The notes beneath the pieces were generated by a model that saw nothing but the letters and a program-made list of their open reading frames with translations, did no database searches and was not told the origin of the DNA. The position numbers were made by a program, and so were the translations under genes. A DNA stretch of 38,299 nt from a virus (lineage: Duplodnaviria > Caudoviricetes): IMG/VR virus record IMGVR_UViG_3300044711_000140, positions 1 through 38,299 of that record; one strand, written 5' to 3'. How positions within the stretch are numbered: position 1 is the first letter of the stretch; each line of letters begins with the position of its first letter. Shown here one piece after another: positions 8,414 to 17,612 of the stretch.

Positions 8414-9486
8414 TGGCCCGCATTCGTTCGATCAAGCCGGAGATGCGCACGTCGATCACCGTGTCGCAGTGGCCGCGGGAGGTCCGGTACTTGTTCGTCC
8501 TGCTGTGGGGCTACCTCGACGACTACGGCCGGGGTGTGGACGACGAACTGCTCATCGCCTCTGACTGCTTTCCCCGTGACCGCGATGTCACCCCGGAGCG
8601 GGTCGACGCCTGGCTGGAGCTGATCGCCGACTCCGGCCCGCTGTGCCGGTACGAGGTCGACGGCCGACAGTACCTGCACGCACCGAACTGGCGGGAGCAC
8701 CAGAAGCCGTCACACCCCACTCGTTCGAAGATCCCGCCGTGCCCGGACGACGAGCCGGAGGACTTCAAGCGGTGGCGTGAGGCCAACCCGCAGCGTCTCC
8801 GGAATCGCTCGCGAAAGGCTCGCGAAGGATTCGAGAGCTTCCCGGAGGGTCTCCCCGGCGCCTCTGAGACCCCTTCCGGAGGGGCCCCGCGGGCCACTTC
8901 TGAGGCGTCCGGGCGTGACGTGGACACGTCGGACGACTGGGTGGCCGACGAGGCCCCCTGGGGCGACGAACCCGCAGATCAGCACGGGTGCGACGCAACT
9001 CCGGAATCCCTCGCGAGTTCCTCCGGAAACTCCCCGGGACTTTCGTCCCTGAGCAAGGGAGCAAGGGAGCAAGGGAGCAAGGGAGCAAGGGAGCGGGGGG
9101 TGCAGGGGGGGACCGCCGTCGAATCCGCTCGCGACGCCTCGCCTGCCACACCCGCGCGGTCTGACGACCGCCCCGCCCCGATCGACATCGACGGCTTCGA
9201 GCTCAACGACAGCATGCGCCGCTGGGCGCACGACACCTTCCCCAAAGTCGACGTCGACTACGAGACCGCCCAGTTCCTCGACCACTTCCGCGGCACCCTG
9301 ACCCGCCGCCCCAACTGGTACGCGGAGTGGCAGAAGTGGATCCGCCGCGCCAACAAGTGGGCCGACGAACGCGCCGCCCGCGCAAACGTCGTCCGGCTCA
9401 AGTCCAAGCAGCGCCCTGGCGGTGCCCGTAGCGCGCTTCCCACCGCCGAAGACATCGACAACGCACGCGATGAGGACATTATTTGA
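8413..9486 (+). CDS. Phage replication initiator/replisome organizer
   Basis: MARIRSIKPE...DDYGRG...NWREHQK N-terminus, low-complexity middle, DnaT-like C-terminus (FLDHF..W..WIRRA); directly upstream of loader and helicase. Confidence 0.8.
   Translation: MARIRSIKPEMRTSITVSQWPREVRYLFVLLWGYLDDYGRGVDDELLIASDCFPRDRDVTPERVDAWLELIADSGPLCRYEVDGRQYLHAPNWREHQKPSHPTRSKIPPCPDDEPEDFKRWREANPQRLRNRSRKAREGFESFPEGLPGASETPSGGAPRATSEASGRDVDTSDDWVADEAPWGDEPADQHGCDATPESLASSSGNSPGLSSLSKGAREQGSKGARERGVQGGTAVESARDASPATPARSDDRPAPIDIDGFELNDSMRRWAHDTFPKVDVDYETAQFLDHFRGTLTRRPNWYAEWQKWIRRANKWADERAARANVVRLKSKQRPGGARSALPTAEDIDNARDEDII
9051..9094 (+). repeat. Tandem 8-mer (GAGCAAGG)x5.5 inside the initiator gene; probable origin region
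   Basis: Read directly; preceded by TCCGGA/TCGCGA palindromic repeats at ~8798-9040. Confidence 0.75.
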
Positions 9487-10076
9487 ACGCCTACGACCCT
9501 TACGACGACGAAGCGCACCGGGCCGAAGCCCGGCAGCTCGCCCTCCGTGAACGTACCGAGCACCGGCTCCGCCTGCTCCTGGACCGGCGCCCGCCCGTCT
9601 TCGCCGCTTCCGGCGGGCTGCGCCCGGAAATCCAGCAGTGGATCCGCCGCTACCTCGACGACGATGCCCCCGGTTCGCTGATCCTTATCGGCGAAGTCGG
9701 CACCGGCAAGTCCTGGACGCTGTGGAAGACCGCCGAAACCCTCGTGCGCGCCGGCTGGGCCGGTCGGTTCGAGCTCGCTGCCGCCTACGAGGTGAAGGCC
9801 GCCACCGACTGGCCCGTCGACACCGCCCAAGTCCGCAAGTGGGGCAGCGCCGACCTGTTCGCCATCGACGACCTCGGTGCCCACCGCGTCAACGACTGGG
9901 ACGCCGACGCCCTGTCCGCGCTCATCGACACCCGCTGGCAACGCCAGCGCCCCACGTTGATCGCATCCAACGAGACCAGCCTCAAAGACATCGTCGGCGC
10001 CCGTGCGGCGTCCCGCCTCGCCGGCGGCGCCACCATCGTCCGTTTCAAGGGCGCCGACCGCCGGAGGAACCCGTGA
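9483..10076 (+). CDS. DnaC/IstB-like helicase loader ATPase
   Basis: Walker A GEVGTGKS, Walker B FAIDDLG, PTLIASN, SRL. Confidence 0.85.
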   Translation: MNAYDPYDDEAHRAEARQLALRERTEHRLRLLLDRRPPVFAASGGLRPEIQQWIRRYLDDDAPGSLILIGEVGTGKSWTLWKTAETLVRAGWAGRFELAAAYEVKAATDWPVDTAQVRKWGSADLFAIDDLGAHRVNDWDADALSALIDTRWQRQRPTLIASNETSLKDIVGARAASRLAGGATIVRFKGADRRRNP

Positions 10077-11425
10077 GCGAGTACGACGAGTTCGCTGATT
10101 TCGAGCGGCAGCCCCCTCACGACGACGACGCCGAGCAGGCCGTGGCCGGCGCGATGATGCTCTCCCGCACCGCGATTGCGGACGCCATCGGTACCGTCCG
10201 GGACGGCGGGGACTTCTACCGCCCCGCCAACGAGACGATCTTCAACACGATCACCGGCATGTACGGGCGCGGTGAGCGCGTCGACTCGATCACCGTCGCT
10301 GACCGGTTGCGGGAGCAGGGCGACCTCGAGCGGATCGGCGGCCCCCAGTACCTGACGACCTGTGTGCAGGCCGTGCCGGTCGCCGCGAACGCCGAGCACT
10401 ATGCGGAGATCATCCGCGACCTTGCGATCCTGCGGCGCGTTGACGAGATCGCCGTCCGCACCCGGCAGGCCGTACACGCTGCCAAAGGCGACCCGACCGG
10501 GATTGTCGACGAAGCCCAGGCCGCGCTCGCCGCCGCCCTCGGCACCAGCAGCACCGCCGACGAAACCCTGGTCGGCGCCGACCTGGAGGACTACCTCGAC
10601 CGGCTCGAACACCTCCAGCGCGACGGCCGCTCCCTCGGCATCTCCACCGGATTCGCCGACCTCGACTCCCTCACCGGCGGTTTCCTGCCCGGCCAGCTCG
10701 TCATCGTCGCCGGACGGCCCGCCATGGGTAAAAGCACCGTGGCCCTGGACTTCCTGCGCGCCTGCTCTATCCGCCACCAGCTCCCCGCCGTGCTGTTCTC
10801 CCTGGAGATGGGCCGTGACGAGATCCGGCACCGCCTGTTCTCAGCCCAAGCCCGCATCCCGCTGCACCACCTGCGGCAGCAAGACGGCATGACCGACGAC
10901 GACTGGGCGCGGTTTGCGAAACTCATGCCCCGTATCGCCGACGCGCCCCTGCACATCGACACCGACCCGAACAAGTCTGTGGCCCGCATCCAGGCCCGCT
11001 GCCGCGCCCTCCAGCAGGCGACCGGCCTGCGTCTCGTCGTCATCGACTACCTGCAGCTGCTCCAGTCCGGCGGCTCACGCCGCCCCGAGAACCGGCAGCA
11101 GGAAGTCTCCGACATGACCCGCAATCTGAAGCTGATGGCCACCGAACTCGAGGTGCCCGTCGTGGTTCTGTCCCAGCTCAACCGCGGGCCAGAGCAGCGT
11201 GCCGACAAGAAGCCCATGATGTCCGACCTGCGGGAATCTGGGGCGATCGAGCAGGACGCCGACATCGTGATCCTTCTGCACCGCGAGGACGCCTACGACA
11301 AGGACTCCCCGCGGGCCGGCGAGGCGGACCTGATCGTCGACAAGAACCGCAATGGGCCGACAGCGGTGATCTCGGTGGCCGCGCAGCTGTACCTGAGCCG
11401 TTTCGTTGACATGGCGGACACGTGA
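10073..11425 (+). CDS. dnaB: Replicative DNA helicase
   Basis: PPHDDDAEQAV, STGFADLD, GRPAMGKS, FSLEM, IDYLQL, LSQLNR, SDLRESGAIEQDAD, KNRNGPT. Confidence 0.97.
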   Translation: MSEYDEFADFERQPPHDDDAEQAVAGAMMLSRTAIADAIGTVRDGGDFYRPANETIFNTITGMYGRGERVDSITVADRLREQGDLERIGGPQYLTTCVQAVPVAANAEHYAEIIRDLAILRRVDEIAVRTRQAVHAAKGDPTGIVDEAQAALAAALGTSSTADETLVGADLEDYLDRLEHLQRDGRSLGISTGFADLDSLTGGFLPGQLVIVAGRPAMGKSTVALDFLRACSIRHQLPAVLFSLEMGRDEIRHRLFSAQARIPLHHLRQQDGMTDDDWARFAKLMPRIADAPLHIDTDPNKSVARIQARCRALQQATGLRLVVIDYLQLLQSGGSRRPENRQQEVSDMTRNLKLMATELEVPVVVLSQLNRGPEQRADKKPMMSDLRESGAIEQDADIVILLHREDAYDKDSPRAGEADLIVDKNRNGPTAVISVAAQLYLSRFVDMADT

Positions 11426-11694
11426 TGGCGTTCGAGCCCACCCCCGAGGACATGGCCGCCGCCCGTGAGCAGGGCGACCTTGTCGAGACGCTGCTTGCCG
11501 CCGCTGGCCGCACCCGCAGGAAGGCGTCCGCGCCCGAACGGCCGGCCGCCGAGCCAGCCGTGCGCATCCCCGCCAGCCCCCTTCACCGGCCTGGCGCCTG
11601 GCCCGCAGGTACCCGGCCCGCTGGCCACAACACGTGCCACCCCAGCTGTGATTGCGCCCTCACCCGGCGCCCGCCCGGAGAGGACGGCCAGTGA
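11425..11694 (+). CDS. Hypothetical protein
   Basis: Coupled to dnaB; RPGAWP motif, C-terminal CxxxCxC. Confidence 0.6.
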   Translation: MAFEPTPEDMAAAREQGDLVETLLAAAGRTRRKASAPERPAAEPAVRIPASPLHRPGAWPAGTRPAGHNTCHPSCDCALTRRPPGEDGQ

Positions 11695-11990
11695 CAGACC
11701 CGAACCCGTGCTACGCCGACGCCTGCGAGCGCTGCTGTCGCTACGACGTGCTGCCCGAGGCCGCCGTCGCGGACGGCGCGGACGGCATCGTCGCCGGCTA
11801 CCGCTGCCCCGGCTGCCGGTGGACGTGGACGTGCGGCTGGACGGTCGTTCCCGGCCGTCCGCTGCCGCCCGAGCCCCGCAACGACACCGACCTGTTCAGC
11901 CGCCACTTGACCGGCGAGATCCACGAGCAGGCCGCGATCAACCGGGCCCGCAAGCACCTCGCCCGCCGCCGCCCCGGAGACGACCAGTGA
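11691..11990 (+). CDS. Cys-rich hypothetical protein
   Basis: DACERC...YRCPGC.W; GTGA coupling. Confidence 0.65.
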   Translation: MTDPNPCYADACERCCRYDVLPEAAVADGADGIVAGYRCPGCRWTWTCGWTVVPGRPLPPEPRNDTDLFSRHLTGEIHEQAAINRARKHLARRRPGDDQ

Positions 11991-12028
11991 CCCCCTCCCG
12001 CTACCGCCGCATGAAAGGAACCGCCGCA

Positions 12029-12277
12029 ATGCCCACAAATCACCCGTTCCCGCCTGGTACTCGGGTCCGGCACGGCGCCCAGATCTGGGCCTGCCTCGAC
12101 TCGTGCGGCACCGCCGAGGTCATCCGCGCCGAAGGGCCGGACCACCGGGGCGACTACGAGTACCTCGTCCGTACCGGCGATGACTTCTCGCGGCCGACCG
12201 GGCCGGACAACCCCGAGACCCGCGAGACCTGGTGGGCCAGCTACCGCACCCTGCCCGCCGACGGGAGGGCCGCGTGA
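12029..12277 (+). CDS. Small SH3-like hypothetical protein
   Basis: RBS AAAGGA; FPPGTRVRH...YEYLV. Confidence 0.65.
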   Translation: MPTNHPFPPGTRVRHGAQIWACLDSCGTAEVIRAEGPDHRGDYEYLVRTGDDFSRPTGPDNPETRETWWASYRTLPADGRAA

Positions 12278-12332
12278 TGGCCACCACCGCCACTGTCGCG
12301 CCCGCGACCACCACCCCGAAGGAGGCCTGCTG

Positions 12333-12680
12333 ATGGCCACCGCCACGACCACCGCCGTCCCGCTGTGGACCACGGCCCGTACCGCCGCTGACTGGCTCGC
12401 CCGGACGAACGGCACCTCGCCGCATCAGACGGCGATGCTGCTGATGAAGATCACCGAGGAGGCGGGGGAGGTCACCGCCGCGTACATCGGGATGACGGGC
12501 CAGAACCCGCGCAAGGGCCAGACGCACACCGCGGAGGATGTGGCCCGCGAGTTGTGCGACGTGATCCTGGCTGCCGCCACCGCGTTGCACCGGTTCACGG
12601 ACGACCCGGCCGGGTTCATGGACGCGCAGGCTGCGCGGGTTGGGGCCCGCATCGCCGCGATCGCCGGGGACGGTGCCTGA
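12333..12680 (+). CDS. MazG-like nucleotide pyrophosphohydrolase
   Basis: KITEEAGEV...QNPRKG...ELCDV acidic MazG motif; RBS AAGGAGG. Confidence 0.85.
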   Translation: MATATTTAVPLWTTARTAADWLARTNGTSPHQTAMLLMKITEEAGEVTAAYIGMTGQNPRKGQTHTAEDVARELCDVILAAATALHRFTDDPAGFMDAQAARVGARIAAIAGDGA

Positions 12681-12865
12681 TGCCGGCTCTGAACATGCGC
12701 GACGAGCGCCTGCTGGCCCGGGCCCTGGATGCGGCGGCGGAGGAGTTGGATCTGCCGTTGACGTCCCGGCAGGTGCAGGCGCTGGCCCGTGTGGCGGCCC
12801 GGCGGTTGGCCGAGCAGGCGCCGCAGACCCCGCCGGTGGTGCCGGAGTTCCGGGAGGCGCGGTGA
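12680..12865 (+). CDS. Hypothetical protein
   Basis: TGATG coupling to the MazG-like gene. Confidence 0.55.
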   Translation: MPALNMRDERLLARALDAAAEELDLPLTSRQVQALARVAARRLAEQAPQTPPVVPEFREAR

Positions 12866-13084
12866 GCACCGCCGACCAGTCCGGTCTCGAAGCGCTACAC
12901 GCCCGCACAGACGAGGCGGACAACGAATGACCGCACCTTCCGGCATCCCCGAACGGGCGCCGAGAAGCCGCGAGAAGCCGCCTCAGAGCCGCGAAACCCC
13001 CTCCGCCGGTACCGAGCGAAGCCCGGGGGTCTGTTCGGGGCTCAGAGAGCCGCACACGGCTTCGATACCCCCGCACCCGCCTGA

Positions 13085-13146
13085 CCGCCCGAACCCCACC
13101 CGGCCCAACACGCCCGGCCGGAACCCCAACCCGAAGGAACAGGACA
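13085..13146 (+). repeat. 62-bp direct repeat, copy 1
   Basis: Identical to 14072..14133; contains RBS AAGGA. Confidence 0.9.
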
Positions 13147-13700
13147 TGCCCGACCTCAGCCCCGCCTCACAGAAGCTGCTGCGGGAACTCGCCCACCGCG
13201 ACAAGGGAACCGGCGTCGCCGTCCGGTACGCCAGCCGCGGACGCTGGTACCTCGACGGCCCCAGCAGCAGCGATCTCTTCAACACCCGCACCTTCCCGGC
13301 GCTCTACGACGCCGGGCTGGCCGTCGGCTGGGATGAGCACGACGACGACGGTCCGATGCGGATCACGGAAGCCGGCCGGAAGCTGGCCGCCGAACTGGAC
13401 GCAAAGACCGCGGCGCAGGAAGCCGCCAAGAAGGCCCGCCCGAAGCCGTCAGCGGACGGTGCGACGGCGATGCGCCTGCTACGGGAGATCGCCAAGCACG
13501 AGGAGCCCGTCCTGGTCTACGACGACGGACGCCGCCGCGTGTGGCGGCTCGGCTCGCACGACGGCTACAGCGCCTCCATCGACACGTGGACCGCACTGGC
13601 GAAGGCCGACCGGATCCGCATCGAGCGTGCCGGATCCATCGGGGGTCAGCGTGTGTCCGTGACCGACGCCGGCCGGCGGTACGTGAAAGGCGCAGCGTGA
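13146..13700 (+). CDS. Hypothetical protein with two winged-helix-like repeats
   Basis: Halves KLLRELA...RITEAGRK and RLLREIA...SVTDAGRR. Confidence 0.7.
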   Translation: MPDLSPASQKLLRELAHRDKGTGVAVRYASRGRWYLDGPSSSDLFNTRTFPALYDAGLAVGWDEHDDDGPMRITEAGRKLAAELDAKTAAQEAAKKARPKPSADGATAMRLLREIAKHEEPVLVYDDGRRRVWRLGSHDGYSASIDTWTALAKADRIRIERAGSIGGQRVSVTDAGRRYVKGAA

Positions 13701-14065
13701 GGAACCGGTACGCCAGCCGCCGGGCCGAGACCGCTGTCATCCACGGCGACGGCACCCGCCACTGCGCTTGGTGCGGCGACCACATCGACCGCGACGAGAT
13801 GCGCGCCTGGTACACCGCCTGGTTCGACACCTGGCAAGCCTGGCTCGGTCGGGTCCGCGCCACCATCGACGCCGACCCGCACGCCGCCCTCAAGCGGTAC
13901 GCCGATTTCTCCATCCGCTGCTGCCAGTGCGGCAGGGCCTTGACCGATGACACCTCGAAGGTGCTCGGCATCGGCCCCGAGTGCAGGCGCGGCATCGACC
14001 CTGCGCTCCTGGCCGCGATCACCACCCCGCAGGTCGCCGCTGCCCACGCGGCCGCCTCCGCCTGA
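13697..14065 (+). CDS. DUF6011-like zinc-binding protein
   Basis: CCQCGRALTDDTSKVLGIGPEC. Confidence 0.7.
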   Translation: MRNRYASRRAETAVIHGDGTRHCAWCGDHIDRDEMRAWYTAWFDTWQAWLGRVRATIDADPHAALKRYADFSIRCCQCGRALTDDTSKVLGIGPECRRGIDPALLAAITTPQVAAAHAAASA

Positions 14066-14071
14066 TCCGCC

Positions 14072-14133
14072 CCGCCCGAACCCCACCCGGCCCAACACGC
14101 CCGGCCGGAACCCCAACCCGAAGGAACAGGACA
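14072..14133 (+). repeat. 62-bp direct repeat, copy 2
   Basis: Identical to 13085..13146. Confidence 0.9.
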
Positions 14134-14139
14134 CCACCC

Positions 14140-15903
14140 GTGATCACCAAGAAGAAGCCGCGCACCGCCGCGCACCGGCCGGCCACCCGGCACCGCCGCT
14201 TCCGCCACGACGAATACGTCGCGGTAGACCTGTTCAGCGGCTTCGGCGGCCTCACCGAAGGCATCAAGCGGGCCGGATTCACCACGATCATGGCCGCGAA
14301 CCACAACGCCTACAAGGTCGAGGTCCACGAGGCGAACCACCCGGAAACCGAACACTGGATCGCCGACCTCGTCGACCCCGAAGCGTCCGACTACCACTCC
14401 GCCCGGGACCTCCCTGCAGGCGACCTGCTCGCCGCTGGCGTGAGTTGCACCAGCCACTCACAGGCCAACACGGTCAAGGCCTACGAACAGGGCCTCGCCC
14501 TGTTCGAACTGGAGGACCCCGACTACGAAGCGCGGGTCACGAAGTCCGAGCGGGACCGGGCCACCGCAACCTGCGTCCTCCAGTACGCCGCCAAGCACCA
14601 CCCGCGCCTGATCCTCGTCGAGTGCACCACAGAGTTGCAGTCGTGGGGCAAGGCGGTTCCAGGCAAGAAGTACGGCGACGGCACCACCTACCGGTGGTGG
14701 CTCAAGCAGTTCGACCTCCTCGACTACGACCACAAGGTGTGCTTCTTCAACAGCCAGTTCTTCGGGGTTGGCCAGTCCCGTAACCGCGCCTACTGGGCGT
14801 TCTGGAAGAAGTCCCTACCCGCCCCCGACCTCGAACACCGGCCAGTGTCGCGCTGCCACCACTGCGACAAGGACGTCGAAGCGGTGTGGACCTGGAAGAC
14901 CGGCATCCCGCCGACCGGCAAGGTCTACTACGGCGAGCAGTACAACTACCGGTGCCCGTCGTGCCGCCGCGAGGTCGTCCCGCCGATGACGCCGTCGCTG
15001 GCCGCGCTCGACCTGACCGACCTCGGCACGCGCATCGGCGACAGGCCGGTCAAGACGTTCAAGGACGGATGGGTCGGGCCGCTTGCCCGGTCGACGATGA
15101 CCCGCGCGGAACTCTGCCGTCAGCGCTTCGCCGACTTCCCCGCGATCCTCATGCCGGCGAAGGGTGCACACGGCACGGAGCGGCTCCTGATGCAGCCGCT
15201 GGCCACGCAGACCAGCCAGCAGGAGACAGCGCTCCTCTCCACGGGCGCGGTGTTCGCGGCTCACCGGCACAACGGCGACGGGAAGAACATCGCTTTGCCC
15301 ATGGACACGGTGACCTCCACGCACGAGAAGGCAGTCCTGCTCGCCGTGGACAACTTCCAGGGCGCCCCGCGCGGCATCGGCTCCCCGCTGCCCACCCAGG
15401 TGGGTTCGGAGACCCTCGCCGTCGTCTCCGGGGTCATCCCGTTCCGGAAGAACACCCTTGCCGCAGGTCCGGGCGACGCCATGCCGACGGTCACGTCGGA
15501 CCAGATCCCCGGCTTGCTGTCGGTGGCCGGCTGGTTTAAGCAGAACGGAACCAGCCGCGACCACGGGACCGCACCGCACCCGCTCACCGACCCGCTCGGA
15601 ACCCTCACTGCCCACGACACGACCGCGCTGCTCATGGCCCAGTGGCGGGCTTCGCTCGCGGATCTGCCGCTGGAGGAGTGCTACTTCCGGATGATGAAGG
15701 CGCCTGAGGTCGGCCTCGGCTGCGGCTTCGACGCTGACCGCCCCGGCCGCCCCGGCACCTTCATCGTCTGGGGGTCCGCCCGCGACCAGGTGGACGGATA
15801 CGGCAACGCCGTCTCCCCGCAGGTCGGCACCTGGATCGGGGCCCGGCTGCGGGCCGTCCTCCACGGCGCCTCAGCGCCCGTGACCGCGGAGGCTGCCGCG
15901 TGA
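14140..15903 (+). CDS. C5 cytosine DNA methyltransferase (atypical motifs)
   Basis: Motif I DLFSGFGG, IV GVSCTSHS, VI LVECT, VIII QSRNR, X GNAV; CxxC...CxxC insert. Confidence 0.85.
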   Translation: MITKKKPRTAAHRPATRHRRFRHDEYVAVDLFSGFGGLTEGIKRAGFTTIMAANHNAYKVEVHEANHPETEHWIADLVDPEASDYHSARDLPAGDLLAAGVSCTSHSQANTVKAYEQGLALFELEDPDYEARVTKSERDRATATCVLQYAAKHHPRLILVECTTELQSWGKAVPGKKYGDGTTYRWWLKQFDLLDYDHKVCFFNSQFFGVGQSRNRAYWAFWKKSLPAPDLEHRPVSRCHHCDKDVEAVWTWKTGIPPTGKVYYGEQYNYRCPSCRREVVPPMTPSLAALDLTDLGTRIGDRPVKTFKDGWVGPLARSTMTRAELCRQRFADFPAILMPAKGAHGTERLLMQPLATQTSQQETALLSTGAVFAAHRHNGDGKNIALPMDTVTSTHEKAVLLAVDNFQGAPRGIGSPLPTQVGSETLAVVSGVIPFRKNTLAAGPGDAMPTVTSDQIPGLLSVAGWFKQNGTSRDHGTAPHPLTDPLGTLTAHDTTALLMAQWRASLADLPLEECYFRMMKAPEVGLGCGFDADRPGRPGTFIVWGSARDQVDGYGNAVSPQVGTWIGARLRAVLHGASAPVTAEAAA

Positions 15904-16274
15904 CCGCCGACGCCGGGCCCCGCACCCGCACCCGCACCCGCACCCGCACCCGCCTGCTGACGCGCCGCCAGAGCGAAGCTCTCACCCTCGCAGCCAACGG
16001 CAACACGAACGCGCAGATCGCCAACCGGATGGGTCGCGCCACGAACACGGTCAGCGGCACGCTCACCCGCGCCTACGTGGCCCTGGGTGCCGAGGACCGC
16101 GCCCAGGCTGTCGCCATAGCCCTCTGCCTCGGCCTGATCGACCCCAGAAGCGTGGTCCTCCCGGACCGCGTCACCCGCGCTGACGCCACCGCCCGAGCCC
16201 TACACGAGCACGGCATGGACCACGACTCCGCGACCACCGCCGATCTCGCCCCCGTCCCCGCCCCCGCGGCGTGA
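15900..16274 (+). CDS. LuxR-type HTH regulator
   Basis: LTRRQSEALTLAANGNTNAQIA...LGAEDRAQAVAIA..GLI. Confidence 0.8.
   Translation: MTADAGPRTRTRTRTRTRLLTRRQSEALTLAANGNTNAQIANRMGRATNTVSGTLTRAYVALGAEDRAQAVAIALCLGLIDPRSVVLPDRVTRADATARALHEHGMDHDSATTADLAPVPAPAA
15921..15953 (+). repeat. In-frame (CGCACC)x5.5 tandem repeat encoding RT repeats
   Basis: Read directly. Confidence 0.85.
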
Positions 16275-16315
16275 CCGGGCCCGCCACCCCAACCCCCAAC
16301 CACCAGGAGAACCCC

Positions 16316-17116
16316 GTGAGCACCGAGCCCGCGCCGAAGCGCCACATCGTGATGTGGTCCGGCGGCATCACTTCCTGGGCCACTGCCCGACACGTCATCG
16401 AACGCCACGGCACGGCCAGCACGGTCCTGCTGTTCGCCGACACCCTCATCGAGGACGAATCCCTGTACGCATTCAACGACGCGGCCAGCAGGCAACTCGG
16501 AGTACCGATCACCCGCGTCGCTGACGGCCGCACCCCCTGGCAGGTCTTCGAGGACAAGCGCTGGCTCGGCAACACCCGCATCGCCCAGTGCTCCCACGTC
16601 CTCAAGCAGCAGCAGTGCCGCACCTGGCTCAACACCAATGCCGGGCCGCCCGCGGACACCACGCTGTACGTCGGCATCGACTGGACCGAGACCGAGCGCC
16701 TGCCCGCGATCGTGCGCGGCTGGGCGCCCTGGACGGTGGATGCGCCGCTCACCCGGCCGCCGTATCGCGACAAGGGCCAGCTGCTCGCGGAGGCCCGCGC
16801 GGCCGGACTGCCCATACCGCGCCTGTACGACCTCGGGTTCGCCCACAACAACTGCGGCGGCGCCTGCGTCAAGGGCGGGCAGGCGCAGTGGCTGCGGCTG
16901 CTGCGGGTCTTCCCCGAGCGGTACGCCCGTGCTGAGGCCGCTGAGGAGCGGATGCGGGAGCGGCTCGGGAAGGACGTGTCGATCCTGCGGGACAGGGTCG
17001 GCGGGGCCACCAAGCCGTTGACGCTGGCCGCGCTGCGGGCCCGCGCGGAGTCCGAGCCCGACCAGCTTGACCTGTTCGACGAAGGCGGCTGCGGCTGCTT
17101 CACCGACGCCGCGTGA
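16316..17116 (+). CDS. PP-loop / PAPS-reductase-like adenine nucleotide alpha hydrolase
   Basis: VMWSGGITS, FADT, CSHVLK, VGID..E, HNNCGGACVKGG, C-terminal GCGCF; RBS AGGAG. Confidence 0.75.
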   Translation: MSTEPAPKRHIVMWSGGITSWATARHVIERHGTASTVLLFADTLIEDESLYAFNDAASRQLGVPITRVADGRTPWQVFEDKRWLGNTRIAQCSHVLKQQQCRTWLNTNAGPPADTTLYVGIDWTETERLPAIVRGWAPWTVDAPLTRPPYRDKGQLLAEARAAGLPIPRLYDLGFAHNNCGGACVKGGQAQWLRLLRVFPERYARAEAAEERMRERLGKDVSILRDRVGGATKPLTLAALRARAESEPDQLDLFDEGGCGCFTDAA

Positions 17117-17195
17117 CCCGCCTGGTGGACCGCGCCGGCGCCTATCCGGCGCGGTCCGCCCGGCAGCCTCCCACAACCCCAACCTGGAGACCCCG

Positions 17196-17498
17196 ATGAG
17201 CGAGCCCACCACACGACTCCACCAAGCCGCCGAGACTGACCCCCGCATCAACGACCTGCGATGGACCACGTACCGCGGCCTCGACCACCTGTGGCTCGGC
17301 CAGTCCACCGCGTGCGGACGCAACCTCCACAACCTCGCCCCTGCGGACGCCCGCCCGTACTGCCCGATCTGCCTGGCCTACGCCCGCGGCTGGCTCGACC
17401 GGCACGACCACGGGCCCGCCCCGGAGCTGGGAAAGCCCGACCCGCGGCGCTACCCCCTCGCGGTGGCCGACGCGCTCCTCGGCCCCGAAACGCCGTAG
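17196..17498 (+). CDS. Hypothetical zinc-binding protein
   Basis: RBS GGAG; H...TACG...YCPIC. Confidence 0.6.
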   Translation: MSEPTTRLHQAAETDPRINDLRWTTYRGLDHLWLGQSTACGRNLHNLAPADARPYCPICLAYARGWLDRHDHGPAPELGKPDPRRYPLAVADALLGPETP

Positions 17499-17612
17499 AC
17501 GCCTGCCACAGCCCCGCACACGCCCCCGAGCGACGCCAGGCCCCGCCCACGCCCCCACAAGCCGCCACACGCCCCGCACAGCCCCGAGAAGACACCAAGG
17601 AGACCCGACACC

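Noticed and set aside
9638-10072. N-terminal extension of DnaB
   Set aside because: Overlaps the DnaC-like gene; GTGA coupling at 10073 gives a normal-length DnaB
12862-13084. Short ORFs before the first 62-bp repeat
   Set aside because: Weak codon bias and no motif; probably a remnant or intergenic sequence
13085-14133. 62-bp repeats as attL/attR or a CRISPR array
   Set aside because: Only two copies, no integrase, tRNA end, spacers or cas genes nearby
15921-15953. (CGCACC)n as a phase-variation switch
   Set aside because: The 6-bp unit preserves the frame and only changes an N-terminal RT tract
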